Shown here piece after piece: positions 25,430-36,951 of a DNA stretch of 64,000 nucleotides. Location of the stretch: positions 253,854 through 317,853 of the forward strand of contig NW_018408296.1 of assembly GCF_002113885.1 (NCBI RefSeq), written 5' to 3'. How positions within the stretch are numbered: the stretch's first letter is position 1; the number at the start of each line of letters is the position of its first letter. A program made the translations under genes and the position numbers. The notes beneath the pieces are model-generated. The model saw nothing but the letters and a program-made list of their open reading frames with translations, ran no database searches and had not been told where the DNA came from. Source of the DNA: Mizuhopecten yessoensis. Lineage: Eukaryota.

Positions 25430-26510
25430 GTACTCAACAGGAAAGGAAACGTCTCACTCAAGGAAACCTTTGTACATATTTTAGGCAATTAAACAGAACA
25501 ATACAAACACTCAACAAGAAAGGAAACGTCTCTCTGTATAAAACCTATAAACCATTGTTTGTAAAACATTTAAGTAAGTGATAGAATGGGTGAGGGTTTT
25601 TTCTCTCCTTTTGTTGAATTCGGTGATGCATGACGCTCATTGTATAACTCTGTGAACAAATAAGTGTTTGCAAGACTGAACATGTTGCTAATAAGTACAT
25701 GAATTCAAACCCAACAGTAGTTAGTAAGATTAGTCCTACCAGCTAGGAAAAGGTTTGGTAACAAATGATATTAAAACGATTTCGAGACAATTTGACAAAA
25801 TGACTTAGAAGCTATTGGAATGCTCCATGATGAGTTGTTGGTTAAAACTATACGTTGCGCACTGTTTTGGTTGTACTGTGTTGACGGTCCATTGTCTGGG
25901 CCAAAGTTTAACTTCACTGGCAGATTTGGTGCCACCATCCCCCGCGAGGTCCTTAATATAACGCTACGCTAACTACTGTTTCTTTTAGTCACGCTTACCG
26001 CAAGAACGGTGTTTCCTTGTCATCGTATGATTTGCCAAACCGTACACAATAGTTTGAAATCAAGTAGGTTTCTTTTGACGCCCTAAGACGGGTTCCTTTT
26101 TAACACGACATTGTTGAAGTTATCGCCATAATGCGACTCGGACACACTGTCGATGACTCCTGGGACAATGTGCTTTGATTTGTATTTCACCAATAGTGAT
26201 GGGAGGCAGAGAGTGTGGCAAAGTCGAGGGGACCTTTTGCGGGCTGCTACATTTGCGAATGCGACCGTTTTGGAGGCGGTAGCGTCATGGTTTGGAGTGT
26301 TTTTTAATGGTGTTATCGCACCAGCCTAGTTGTCGTCAATATAAATTTGGGTCCCGTTATCGAGATGAAATATTGAAAACTGTCCCCTTTTTGTAGTGTC
26401 ATGGAGCGGGCGATATCTTCCAACAAAATAACGCTTCCCCAAACAAGAGCTACGTCAGCAGAACATTTACGATGCAAAACAATTCTCAAATGTTAGGCTG
26501 GTTTGCAAAG
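25430..26510 (+). mobile_element. Decayed Tc1/mariner transposon, left part (HTH and most of the DDE domain)
   Basis: Frameshifted remnants EAIGML, VAHCFGC, SDGRQRVWQ, CDRFGGGSVMVW, RYRDEILK, DIFQQNNASP, MLGWFAK. TIR-like ctcaaca..aaaggaaacg at about 25433 and 25510. Confidence 0.88.
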
Positions 26511-26545
26511 TGTTCAAGATCTTTTTACAAATGAAGGTGTTTTGA

Positions 26546-27245
26546 GTGTCCAGGGGAAAGCGTTTGGCACCGACGCGTGGTAAGGATGCAGCAGAGAAAT
26601 TTTCCGCTACTAACCGTATGCTCGATTTTATACTACATAAGATGGAAAAGCTCGACAAGCTTGACTTCATAGAGCAACACCTCATTGCCTTGACATCTAG
26701 GGTGGACGGAGTAGAACGAAGAGTGGCTCAGGTCGAGAGCAAGTGTGACGATTGTGAACAATCAGTAAAATTCATGGCACAGCAATATGACTCCCTACAA
26801 TCAACGGGGGTAGACAACGTCCAGTCTAAGCAGATATCAGACGCTATACAAGACATGCACGATTCGCTACAACATGTCAAAGCTGATGTGCAATGCAGGT
26901 CCATGAAGTATAATCTAGTATTCACGGGATTGGGCGGGGAGACGCATTATGAGGACACAGAAATTCTAGTACGCGACTTCATACATGTGGAGCTCGGCAT
27001 AGATCAGCCAATAGAGTTTGGTAATGTTCACCGATTTGGACGATTTGTTCGCGGCAAACAACGCCCAATAGTCGCGCTCGCTTTCTCTACAATACGGAGC
27101 TCGAGTTGGTCAAGCGCCATTCGTACTTGCTTGAAGGGTCGTCATACGGAATTCACGAACAGTTCCTGGCGGAGACGCTGGTGACAACACCAGATTGGTG
27201 AGGGACAAGTTGTACATCAACGGTGAGCTGTACGAAGGAGCTCCG
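26546..27245 (+). pseudogene. LINE ORF1 (coiled coil plus RRM, L1TD1/transposase_22-like), frameshifted
   Basis: Heptad-rich N-part, then QCRSMKYNLVFTGL..EDTEILVRDFI..IEFGNVHRFG..QRPIVA and, after frameshifts, YGIHEQF and VRDKLYINGELY. Confidence 0.9.
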
Positions 27246-27691
27246 GGAGGTAATAGGACGATGGCCAGTCCAGGTGGTGCAGTGCCTCCCGCTCACACCG
27301 ATGACAAGCGGCCTGAGCACCAGCCTCCGGCCTCCACAGGCGGTCAGCGGATCGATATAGGGCCTGCAGCCCCCACTAGCGACCAGCAATTTGACCTCAG
27401 GTCTCCAGCGAACATTGGCGGTTAGCAGCTTGACTCCAGGTTCCGACCTTTAATGGCTTCATTGATGGTCCGCATCAGGTCAATCGGCCTCCATTCTCAT
27501 GCGATGGTCAGCGGTCTTCTTACAGTGCCCCTGGACGACAACCCAATTCTGGACCGGGACCATTGCACATACCATGGACTGCTACCCACGGCCCTGCTAA
27601 CCACCGGCAGCCACAACGCGAGAACCCCCATCTACCACCCTACAGTAAGGTCAACGCACGACCAAGATAGGACAATAAGGAAAGTGAACTC

Positions 27692-30600
27692 TAAATTATA
27701 TCATGAAACATCGGAAAGGGACTTGTTGGCAAACTTGGTGACGATGATTTTGTACAAATTTTATCCAAACATGATGTCATTTGTTTATCCGAATTCTGGA
27801 TCTTTAGCACGTATCATGACGTTATTGAGTTACCCGGGCATTGCAAACTCATATACCATAGAACGATGGGTAAAGGCGGTTGAATGGTAATTGTTTATAA
27901 AATGCAGCTGGAGAAAAATATACGATTGGTAGAGAATATATAGGATTGAATACTTTGGTTAAAAATCAGCCTTAATGATCAACCATTATATTTGTGCTTT
28001 TGTTATTTTCCACCAGAAAATATTATTTTTTACCATGACAATGATATTAATATATTCCAAAGTCTTCAATTCAATTATAAGATATAAACATAACGGCAAT
28101 ATATACGTATTAGGAGATCTTAATGCCAGAACTGGAACGAGGCCTGACTACATTGTCAATGACGGTCTCGGTACAACTATGGTGGACACTATGGAAGCCT
28201 TTCATTATAATAATGATACAGCAATATGCACTCGTAGTAATATGGACAAATTGTACGGGAGACGATTATTAACATTATGCAAAACGACCAGTCTACGTAT
28301 AGTAAATGGTCGCCATGCAGGCGACTTAAATGGAAGCTTTACATTTTTGAACAACATTGGGACTAGTCTTATTGACTATTTACTTGTGGACGGTGGATAT
28401 ATGTCAAACGTTAAAAACTTTTCGTCAAGAAAATTCAATACCCTATCTGATCATGAACCATTGTCTTTTGCTCTTGATTGTAGTTACCTAAATGTGAATG
28501 ATGAAGATAAAACGCCAAGTACAGGAAATATTTCAAAAACAGTCAAATGGAACCGTAATTATGTTGATATTATATCCACTCGCCTAAATGAAATAGTCAC
28601 GGATCTAATGAGCACGTGTGATATGCCTGTTTATACGAAACATGATATAGATGTATGTGTAGAAAAAATTTGTAGCGATATAAATGGTGTTGTGTTACCT
28701 AATTGTGATGTGAAAGTTACGAATTGCAATAAGAAATATAATAATAAGCCAAAGAAAGACGGCAAACCGTGGATTGATAACGAATGTAAGAATAGATATA
28801 TGGAATACAAGACTTCCTTATTTGAGTTCAATATTAACAAGTCCGCTGATAATCATGTAATCTTAGTAAGGAAGAAAAATCGTACAAAAAATGGAAAAAA
28901 GACTTAAGAGACAATACTTACGCCAAGAAGGTGATATGGTGGAGTATCTTAGAAAGTCTAACCCTAAATTTTATAAATATTTCTCTAGGAGTCGCTGTAC
29001 TAGCATTCTATAGAATATTGGTATTAACGAGTTCTTAGCACATTTTAAAACATTAAGTGGCGATGACAATAATGCACCTGACGATGATCTTGAAGACACA
29101 CTGGATAACACAAATATCTCGGTATTCGAAAAACTGGATGAACGATTTAATATAGACGAAATTCCTACTGCTATACGGAATTTGAAAAGAGACAAAAGTT
29201 GCAGTGAAGATAACATTTGAAACGAATTATTTATAGATTAATCAAACTTTTTACAAAAATGTTTGACTCTAGGTTTTTCCCTGATGTATGGTCACGTGGC
29301 AGTATAGTTCCAATACACAAGAAAGGTGATGTAAACTTTGTTGGAAATTATAGAGGTATAACTCTAGTAAGCTGCATGGGCAAGTAATTTACGTCCGTTT
29401 TAAATAGCAGACTTCTCAAATGGGATAAAGAACATTCGATTATCACAGATGCCCAATTTGGCTTTAAAGCGGGATCTTCAACTGTTGATGCAATTTTTGT
29501 TTTACAATCGCTGATTAATAGAACTTTAAATAAAAAGAAAAGATTATACTGCTGTTTTGTAGACTAAAAAAAAACATTTGATCTTATTGACAGAAGTAAG
29601 CTTTGGTGCAAACTAATAAAGCATGGAGTACAGGGTAAAGTACTCAAAATTATAACATCATTGTACGAAAATGTCAAATCGTGTGTAAAATATAATGGAG
29701 GTATATCAGTGTATTTCAATAAGATCGGTCTTTTTCAAGGGGAAGTACTCTGACCGATTCTGTAGAGTCTTTTTGTGAATGATAGTGAACTGCATTTTAT
29801 AAATCAAAATTGTTCATCTGTCGAGTTAGGAATGATATCCATATTTTTGCTGATGTATGCTGATGACTCCGTCTTGATTGCGGAATCACCTCAAGAACTA
29901 CAACATATGCTAGATGCATTGTTATTATACAATAAGGAGTGGAAACTCACACTTAATATCGAAAAGACAAAAGTAGTAATATTTAGAAATGGAGGGATTG
30001 TGCGAAATGAAGAAAAATGGTACTATGATAATAATGAATTGCAACAAGAGAACGAGTTTAACTACCTGGGCATGCTTTTTAACTTCAATGGAAAATCTAA
30101 TAAAACGCAACAACATGCTGCCGAAAAAGGAGGAAAGGCATATTTTGCTTTGTATAACAAAATAAGAAACCACAATTTCAACACTCAAACGTTATGTTCA
30201 GTGTTTGATACATATATTAGCAGTGTACTAGGGTATGCGAGTGAAACTTTTCACAGAGCGTTGGAAGTTGAAAAAGTTCATACTTGTTTTTGTAAAAATA
30301 TTTTAGGTGTTGGTAAGAAAACATGTAATGACTTGGTATATTTTGAATTGGGCAGACTTCCGATGCATGTTGCAAGAAAATGGAAAATATTGAAATATTG
30401 GATCAAAGTCAAAGACTCAGACAATTGTATACTCAAAGCATGTTACGAACAAAGAAATCTAGATAATGACGACTGGATTATGAAAATATGACAAGAACTG
30501 AATTTACTAGGATTGGGGTATTTATGGAACAGCAACTATGATAGTAAGGTTATGTATAAAATTATAGAACACAAATTTTATGATATCCATACTCAAGAAA

Positions 30601-31016
30601 TATTGTCAAATATAAGAAATTCATCCAAAGGATCATTGTATCAACACTTGGTAGATAATTTTGATTTATAATTTTATTTAAGAAAACCTATTGACAAACT
30701 ATATAAGAAAAATATCTCCCGTATTCGATTATCATCACATAACCTTAAGGTAGAAAGTGGGAGATATATGAATACTGCTAGGACCGAAAGGGTATGTGAA
30801 TGATGTGATCTCAATGATATAGAGGACGAATTTCTCTTTATTTTGAAGTGTCCATTTTATTGCAACATACGCTCTAAATACTTAAAGCCATACTATTATC
30901 GCAAACCAAGTGTGTTTAAACTTATACAATTGCTTAGTGTAAATGATGTTAAAGAACTAAACAATCTAGGAAAATTCATACACTTCGCATTTAAGCAACG
31001 TTCTCGAGTATCATAG
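27692..31016 (+). pseudogene. LINE ORF2 (AP endonuclease plus reverse transcriptase), many stops and frameshifts
   Basis: APE motifs HDVICLSEFW, VLGDLNARTG, SLIDYLLV, SDHEPL. RT motifs IVPIHKKGD..NYRGITL, QFGFK, QGEVL, LLMYADD (29856-29867), YLG. Then ELGRLP..KYW, RLSSHNLKVESGRY and IEDEFLFILKCPFY. Confidence 0.95.
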
Positions 31017-31187
31017 TTTTATATATATATATATATGTCTGGCATGTATTACTCTCCTTATTACATGTACATGTACCATTGCATGATGCTATGTATGTAA
31101 TTGTTATATAATAACTGTATTGTACACATGTAATTTGTCTTATAAGCCGAAATGGCTTACAGAATAAATAGAATTGAATTGAATTGA

Positions 31188-31496
31188 AACAATATTCCTG
31201 CTGTAATAAGACGGCATACACCTCTATGCTGCGGGGTACTATCTTGGTGTAAAAGGCTAATTGAGGACACGCCCTTTATTTTGCTTATTAGTTTTACACA
31301 ATGTGTACTCTACCTGTCATTAAAGACCCATAAAAAATCTAAGATTTGACAGTTCTTCTTTATCTAATAAATGCAGACACATGATATCCTACTGTTTAAA
31401 TAATATGTCAAATATACAACTATTTATAAATAATTTCATCAATCCATATAGTTTAATCAATGAAAAAAGTGAGTAACGTTTTTCTTTTGCTGACTA
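31188..31496 (+). mobile_element. Decayed Tc1/mariner transposon, right part and right TIR
   Basis: NIPAVIRR..TSML..AN*GHALY resembles the Tc1 C-terminus IP..IRRL..SM.RR..ANGGHTRY. TIR-like cgtttttcttttgctgacta followed by TA. Confidence 0.75.
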
Positions 31497-31532
31497 TATA
31501 TTGTAATAAATATAATCGATTAACCACACTCA

Positions 31533-31745
31533 AATATGCATTGAAATACTTTAAGCGGCTAACAATGCATCAATATGCATTGCATCGATATATATTGTAC
31601 ATATTCTAAGCGACTTACAATGTATCAATATGCATTGCATCGATATACATTGTAAATATTCTAGGCAGTTTACAACACAGCAATATACATTGGATATTGT
31701 CTAGGTGTCTAACAACATAGCACGATGTATATTGTACATTGTAAA
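31533..31745. repeat. Degenerate tandem repeat of about 55 bp
   Basis: Recurring caatatgcattgcatcgatata..ttgta.atattcta.gc...ttacaa. Confidence 0.75.
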
Positions 31746-31920
31746 TTGCGTTAGATTGCCCTGTGACGACCTCCCGATCGATATAGCCTGATTAGATTGG
31801 GCGTCGTGGTCTTTCTTGCTGAAAGTGTCACATTAGAGCCTATTGCGTGACTGGGTTTAACCAGTACGTGTTCCACCTTGCAAGGACAGCAGATAGTCAG
31901 TCAATTTTATAAAACTTACT

Positions 31921-32185
31921 TCAGGGTTCCCGTACCGCTGCCAAAACTGCAACTACGCCTTTTAAACTGTATTTGATTTGGCATGACTATAGCTATGATA
32001 AATGATTTCTTGAGAGAGAAAAAAAACATGCCTCGTGGGACTTTTTACGAAAAAAATAATAAAGATGAAATAAACAAAATATAACCAATAATGTGTTCTG
32101 ATTTCAACATTGAGCGGGACTAGATCGGGATTCGAACCCAGGATTTCAGATTGTTACACCATCGCTCTAACGACAGAGCTATCTT
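31921..32185 (-). mobile_element. Repeat family with a tRNA-like segment (copy 2)
   Basis: Minus strand tagctctgtcgttagagc..gggttcgaatcccg, then cagaacac..ttatattttgtttatttc.tctttatta, ending ggtacgggaaccctgaa. Confidence 0.7.
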
Positions 32186-32753
32186 GTCAAAGTGTGTTGG
32201 TAAACTGTGCTACAGTTATATCCGAAACAAAGGACCAGGGGCATGAAGGGTCACTTCCGGTCTCATCGGGGATTTAGAATTAGTTGTAATATTCGATTCG
32301 TAATCTGGAATAAATGAAGTACGTAAATATGAAACATCAAATTCATTTGAAAGCTGGTTTAGGAGATATTGCATTACAAAAAGACACATAAACCCGCATT
32401 TTCTGTTGTGTGTTGTTTGGTTGAGAATTGACCATTTTGAAGGAAATTAACTAAACACTTTTAAAATCTTCAATAAGATTCATCAGTTTGGAAATATGTG
32501 AAATAAAGTTTTACTTTCTACAAAAACAATGTACGTATCAAACGTGTCGCACCGTGATCCCTGTTATCAAGCTATGACTGAGTGAGCGATTTGCATTATT
32601 TACCTGTACATCGATGTGACGAAATTGTATACTTTTCATGTCACTCGACCCGAGACGTTTCACCTATCGATAGGGAGCTCGAGCGTATACACACAGCATC
32701 GGGTAGGTTACAGGTAGGGTGAAGATCTAGCCCCCTCCCCTGTTATGTCAATA

Positions 32754-32873
32754 TCGGGTCATACAAATGACTCAGCTGGTGCTCCCCTCGTCAAAAAAGC
32801 AATTAAAATCCGGAAAATTTAGATAATGAACAGAGACGAGGGGGACACCAGCTGAGTCATCTGTATGACCCGA
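32754..32873. repeat. 120-bp hairpin/MITE
   Basis: About 38-bp arms tcgggtcatacaaatgactcagctggtgctcccctcgtc / gacgagggggacaccagctgagtcatctgtatgacccga. Confidence 0.85.
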
Positions 32874-33079
32874 ATAATGATGATCACTCGTGCCCTGACG
32901 CCTGTATCTGCATTACAAGTAAAGGTCGTGATTATTTCTATAAGTTCCTACACAAATCTGTATACATGTATTACAAATATTATTTTTAAAAGACGTTAAC
33001 GCTGTACAGTTCATATACCGAGAATTCCTTCTATACTGCTTTCTCCATCCAATTACCTTCTTACTTCTTACTCGTATAA

Positions 33080-33309
33080 GAAGTCCAGGGTTCGAGTCCC
33101 GCTTTAGTCTCGCTGTATTTTTTTACACTCAGAACACTGTCGTTCATTATATTTTGTTTATTTCGTCTTTATTACTTCTCATAAAATAACTCCTGCCAGG
33201 TACGCGGTTTTTTTTTCAGAAATGATTTATCAGAGCTATAGTGTTGCCCGATAAACAGTTTTCAATACTACGTTACACTTTCTGACATTGGTACGGGGAT
33301 GATCCTTAA
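33080..33309 (+). mobile_element. Repeat family with a tRNA-like segment (copy 3)
   Basis: gggttcgagtcccg..cagaacac..ttatattttgtttatttcgtctttatta..tttatcagagctatagt..ggtacggggatgatccttaa. Confidence 0.7.
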
Positions 33310-35211
33310 TTTGGAAATATTTTTTGCACATTTGGAAAATTCATTTTTCCTCTTTCTTATCCCTACAAATGAATCGATATTGCTAGAGTCTTGTGCTAAG
33401 AACCAGAGATAGAACTACGTGAGTCCAAAAATCCTTGAAACTGTGGACGTCTAAGTATATCTATAGGGTTGGACACATTTCGTAAATATTTTTCATCAAG
33501 GCCTTAACATCAATAGCTATAACATTTTAAAGATCTTTTCCGACCATCACACCCAAGTTTACGTTCACCGTTATATAATAACATTTTCACACTAATAACA
33601 TTATAAAGAAACCCAACAGTCTTGTCAGGTGTTACAGATTGAAATCAAACACTCTTGCGTCCCGCTCTTTTCTCGACACCTGTGCGTGCAGCAGCACTAT
33701 CAAACTGTCGAGCTCCGACAGTCAGTTCACAGCTTCTAGCAGAAACCAACAGATATATATCTACTGATTTTAATTTAAACCTCGTGAAAATACCAGGCAT
33801 ACATTTCGAGCGGAAGCATGACTACATTTCGGAGGTCGTACAAGAAATTCATATAGTTAAGAGGGTTATGTACGTTTCTTTGTGTTTCAACAGTACCATA
33901 CTGTAGTTTAGACCAATTTGGATGTCTAACGTTTGAGCTCCAAGCTCCAAGCTCCCGATGAGTCTTAGAAGGATGAGCCAGTTTTATGGTGCAGCGTAAT
34001 TCATTAATAGCATACTTTATCTACTTACAAATTGTAAAGATTCAATCAGATCATCCTTTGAGACGTTGGGATATAAAGTTCGTCTAAAACTTTTCCTAAG
34101 GTGTTGTATCGGGGGAGTCTATTGTTCGAAATGAAAATCTTCATGGTATATAATGATATGGCATTATCAATTAGTACACACAGCTTGTGACATAGAAACT
34201 ATCAGGACAGAATCATTCAGACTTCCATACAATTTAGGATGACAATGATGAGTTGAAAATTTACAAAGCTCGAATTAGAGATATGATAAAACTCTTTTGC
34301 GAGCAATAAGAATTCACATTTTAAAAGAGAAATTTAGAATCGAGATACATGTATATTAAACATCGTTCCTCCCCACGAGCCTATCCAAAAACATTAATTT
34401 TATTCTTTAGATTAAGAACACCATTCTATATTAAGTTTATTATATAGATTGAGTACACCACCAGTAAACGTGTGTCTTTAGTTAATGTCTATCGGTTCAA
34501 ATGCAGAAGGTTGATGACCTGCGATTTTCACCTCTCTCAAAGTTAATATTTCAACATTTAAAAGCTTTATATAAAACGTAACTTGTCAGCATATTTCTTA
34601 ACTGATATATAATAAAACTTTATATTCTTTACTTTCTGTTAATTTGTGAATTTTCTTCGCCACGTATTATACGACGCCGACCTCTACGTTCTGTTGACAT
34701 GACGATTTCCGCGAGAATCCGAACCTCTTTTAACAATACGACAAGCCAGTGCTTGTTTCCGTTACAGGTTAAGTGTTTCGGGTCAATTCCTTGCTGACAT
34801 AGACACATGTTAGCAGCCCATTAGCCAGAAACTGTCAGATCACTTGTTGGGTTTATTTCTCTATAAGGTTAATATCCTCCCCTGAGGTCGGACAGACCTA
34901 GACACTCCATACAGACTAGGAACGACTGTACGCTCACATCATACATGTAAGTGTTTCTAATAAAAAAAAACCTGGACACGTTGGAATCTGATGTAAGATT
35001 TTTTGTATTTTATCTTCTAAACTTTTAAAATAACGGTTGACTTTTTTCATCCCCTATAATGTATGAAAGGAAGCTCAATACAACAATCAATTGATGTTTT
35101 TGAGGGTCATCAGTCGAAGACTGTCCTCAGGGCCACACGATTTTTCTTAATAGTCCAGTCCATCAATACAACGTCACAAAGAGCCGGACGATAATCTAAA
35201 CAAACAATCAG

Positions 35212-35585
35212 GATAATGTCATACATACTCACACGGTAGTCTTAACAACCAATCAAACAAAGAAATATATGGTAACACGGTAATCTTAGCAACCAATCAA
35301 CACAATGTCATACAGGACCACACGGTATTTTTAACAATCAATCATCACAATGTCATACAGCCTCACACGGTAGTCATAACAACCAATCAGAACAATATCA
35401 TACAGACTCTACGGTAGTCTTAACACTCAATCAAAACAATACCATACAGGACCACACGGTAGTCTTAACAACCAATCAAAACAATGTCATACAGGACCAC
35501 ACCGTAATCTTAACAACCAATCAGAACAATGCCATACAGACTCACACGGTAGTCTTAACAACCCAATCATTACAATATCATACAA
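35212..35585. repeat. Minisatellite of about 45 bp, about 8 copies
   Basis: Unit similar to cacacggtagtcttaacaaccaatcaaaacaatgtcatacaggac. Confidence 0.92.
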
Positions 35586-36826
35586 TTTGGTCATGTTAAC
35601 AATGTTAATTAGGGTATAACAGATCATTATTTGTGATATTGTGATATGTTTTGTCCTGGTTAGTTGACATGTAATATATTTTGTGATGCGGTATATCTTG
35701 TCGTTGTATGTTGATGCTGTGGGGTGTTTCTGTTTCACTGGAAAGTTCATGCCGTATAAACCTGAAAAAAAACATTTATTGATACGACAGAAGATTTCAA
35801 CACAATTCCATAACAATTCAGTGCTCTATTCAAATCTTTCATGTCTCCTAGACTAGCAATGCTTCATACTAATAACTACCTTTAATTGCCCTTTGTCTAG
35901 CAATGGCAAATACGAGGGCCATATAATAAACTCTGTCACTAGTATCAGGAATCACATTCAATATCACATTCGCGTTATCCATGACGTAAACGCTGCGCGG
36001 TATTCTTTCCATGGCATACTGGCAAGGCAAAGGAATATTGCATTATCCGAAGCACTCCTAGAGGCAACCCGTTTCCCAGAGAGCCTTTTTATCAGATGTC
36101 AGCAAAGTGGGGGATCCATCAGGCACAAAGCTTCTTGAATTTCATTTATGATCAATCTCCTTACATCGTCCTTTAGTTTAGTAATGCCATATAAATACAT
36201 ATCATCCTATAAAATGTAATTTAGTCAAGCACTACCAAGTAGCAAAATGTGTCGCCATACACCATCCTTAGGTCTAGCAATGTCATGTGATGTATTTAAG
36301 CATTGAAGGTTTTTGTATGGTATTTATGATCTATTTGAATGACACAGCTTTGCAAGCAAACATCATAATGTCGCGTGCTGATTGGCAAACAAAGTAGTAC
36401 TTTGAAATTTTAACAAACACTTCAATTTTATTCCACAATTCAATATCAATACAATTGCGTATGATATTTCTATATAGTGATTTAATTCTATCAATAGAAC
36501 TCTGAGGTGAGAGTTAGATTTGGAATTGTTTCGATTTTTTCCCCGGAACAAATTTCGCGCATGGATAAATACAGTGAACACCGTAAATCCGACCTTGCCC
36601 TCCACTAGAGTTGTTTTTGGAAGTTAATTCGAAAGTTTCTCTTTGCTCATATTGTGAAGAATCCAGACGTGAATGTATTTGTTGATTGTATGGGAATCTG
36701 ACTATAGTCGGTAGATTCTATAACAGCCTCGTTATTTGACATGTCGTCAGAAACTGAGGAAACCGTGCCTGAGAGACGCGTGAAACTGATAGCGTTTGAA
36801 GTGATTGATCTTGCGACGGAGCACAT

Positions 36827-36951
36827 GGGGTTCGTTACAAATGACATGTCTGAAATGTTTATGTGTGCTGTGACGAATATCAGTAGGTCTGTAACATATG
36901 TCGCAGTAAGTCTATTGAATATGTGTATTTCAGACATTTGTAACGAACCCC
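36827..36951. repeat. 125-bp imperfect palindrome (MITE-like)
   Basis: ggggttcgttacaaatg..tctgaaat / atttcagacatttgtaacgaacccc, with further pairing inside. Confidence 0.8.

Larger units (their letters stand above)
26511..31187 (+). mobile_element. Near full-length decayed LINE (RTE-X-like; L2/CR1 group not excluded)
   Basis: ORF1, APE, RT and C-terminal CCHC-like motif in order. 3' stem-loop taagccgaaatggctta, AATAAA and a (GAATT)n tail at 31171-31187. Confidence 0.95.

Noticed and set aside
32115-32185. tRNA gene (also 9060-9112, 10185-10245, 12060-12157, 39365-39428)
   Set aside because: A/B-box motifs are present but there is no complete cloverleaf, and all are embedded in repeat families.
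33928-33985. Hammerhead ribozyme (Penelope/retrozyme type)
   Set aside because: ccgatgagtcttagaaggatgagc only loosely resembles CTGATGA..GAAA and the core is mutated. The minus-strand CTGAGGA stem at 35105-35130 also lacks GAAA.
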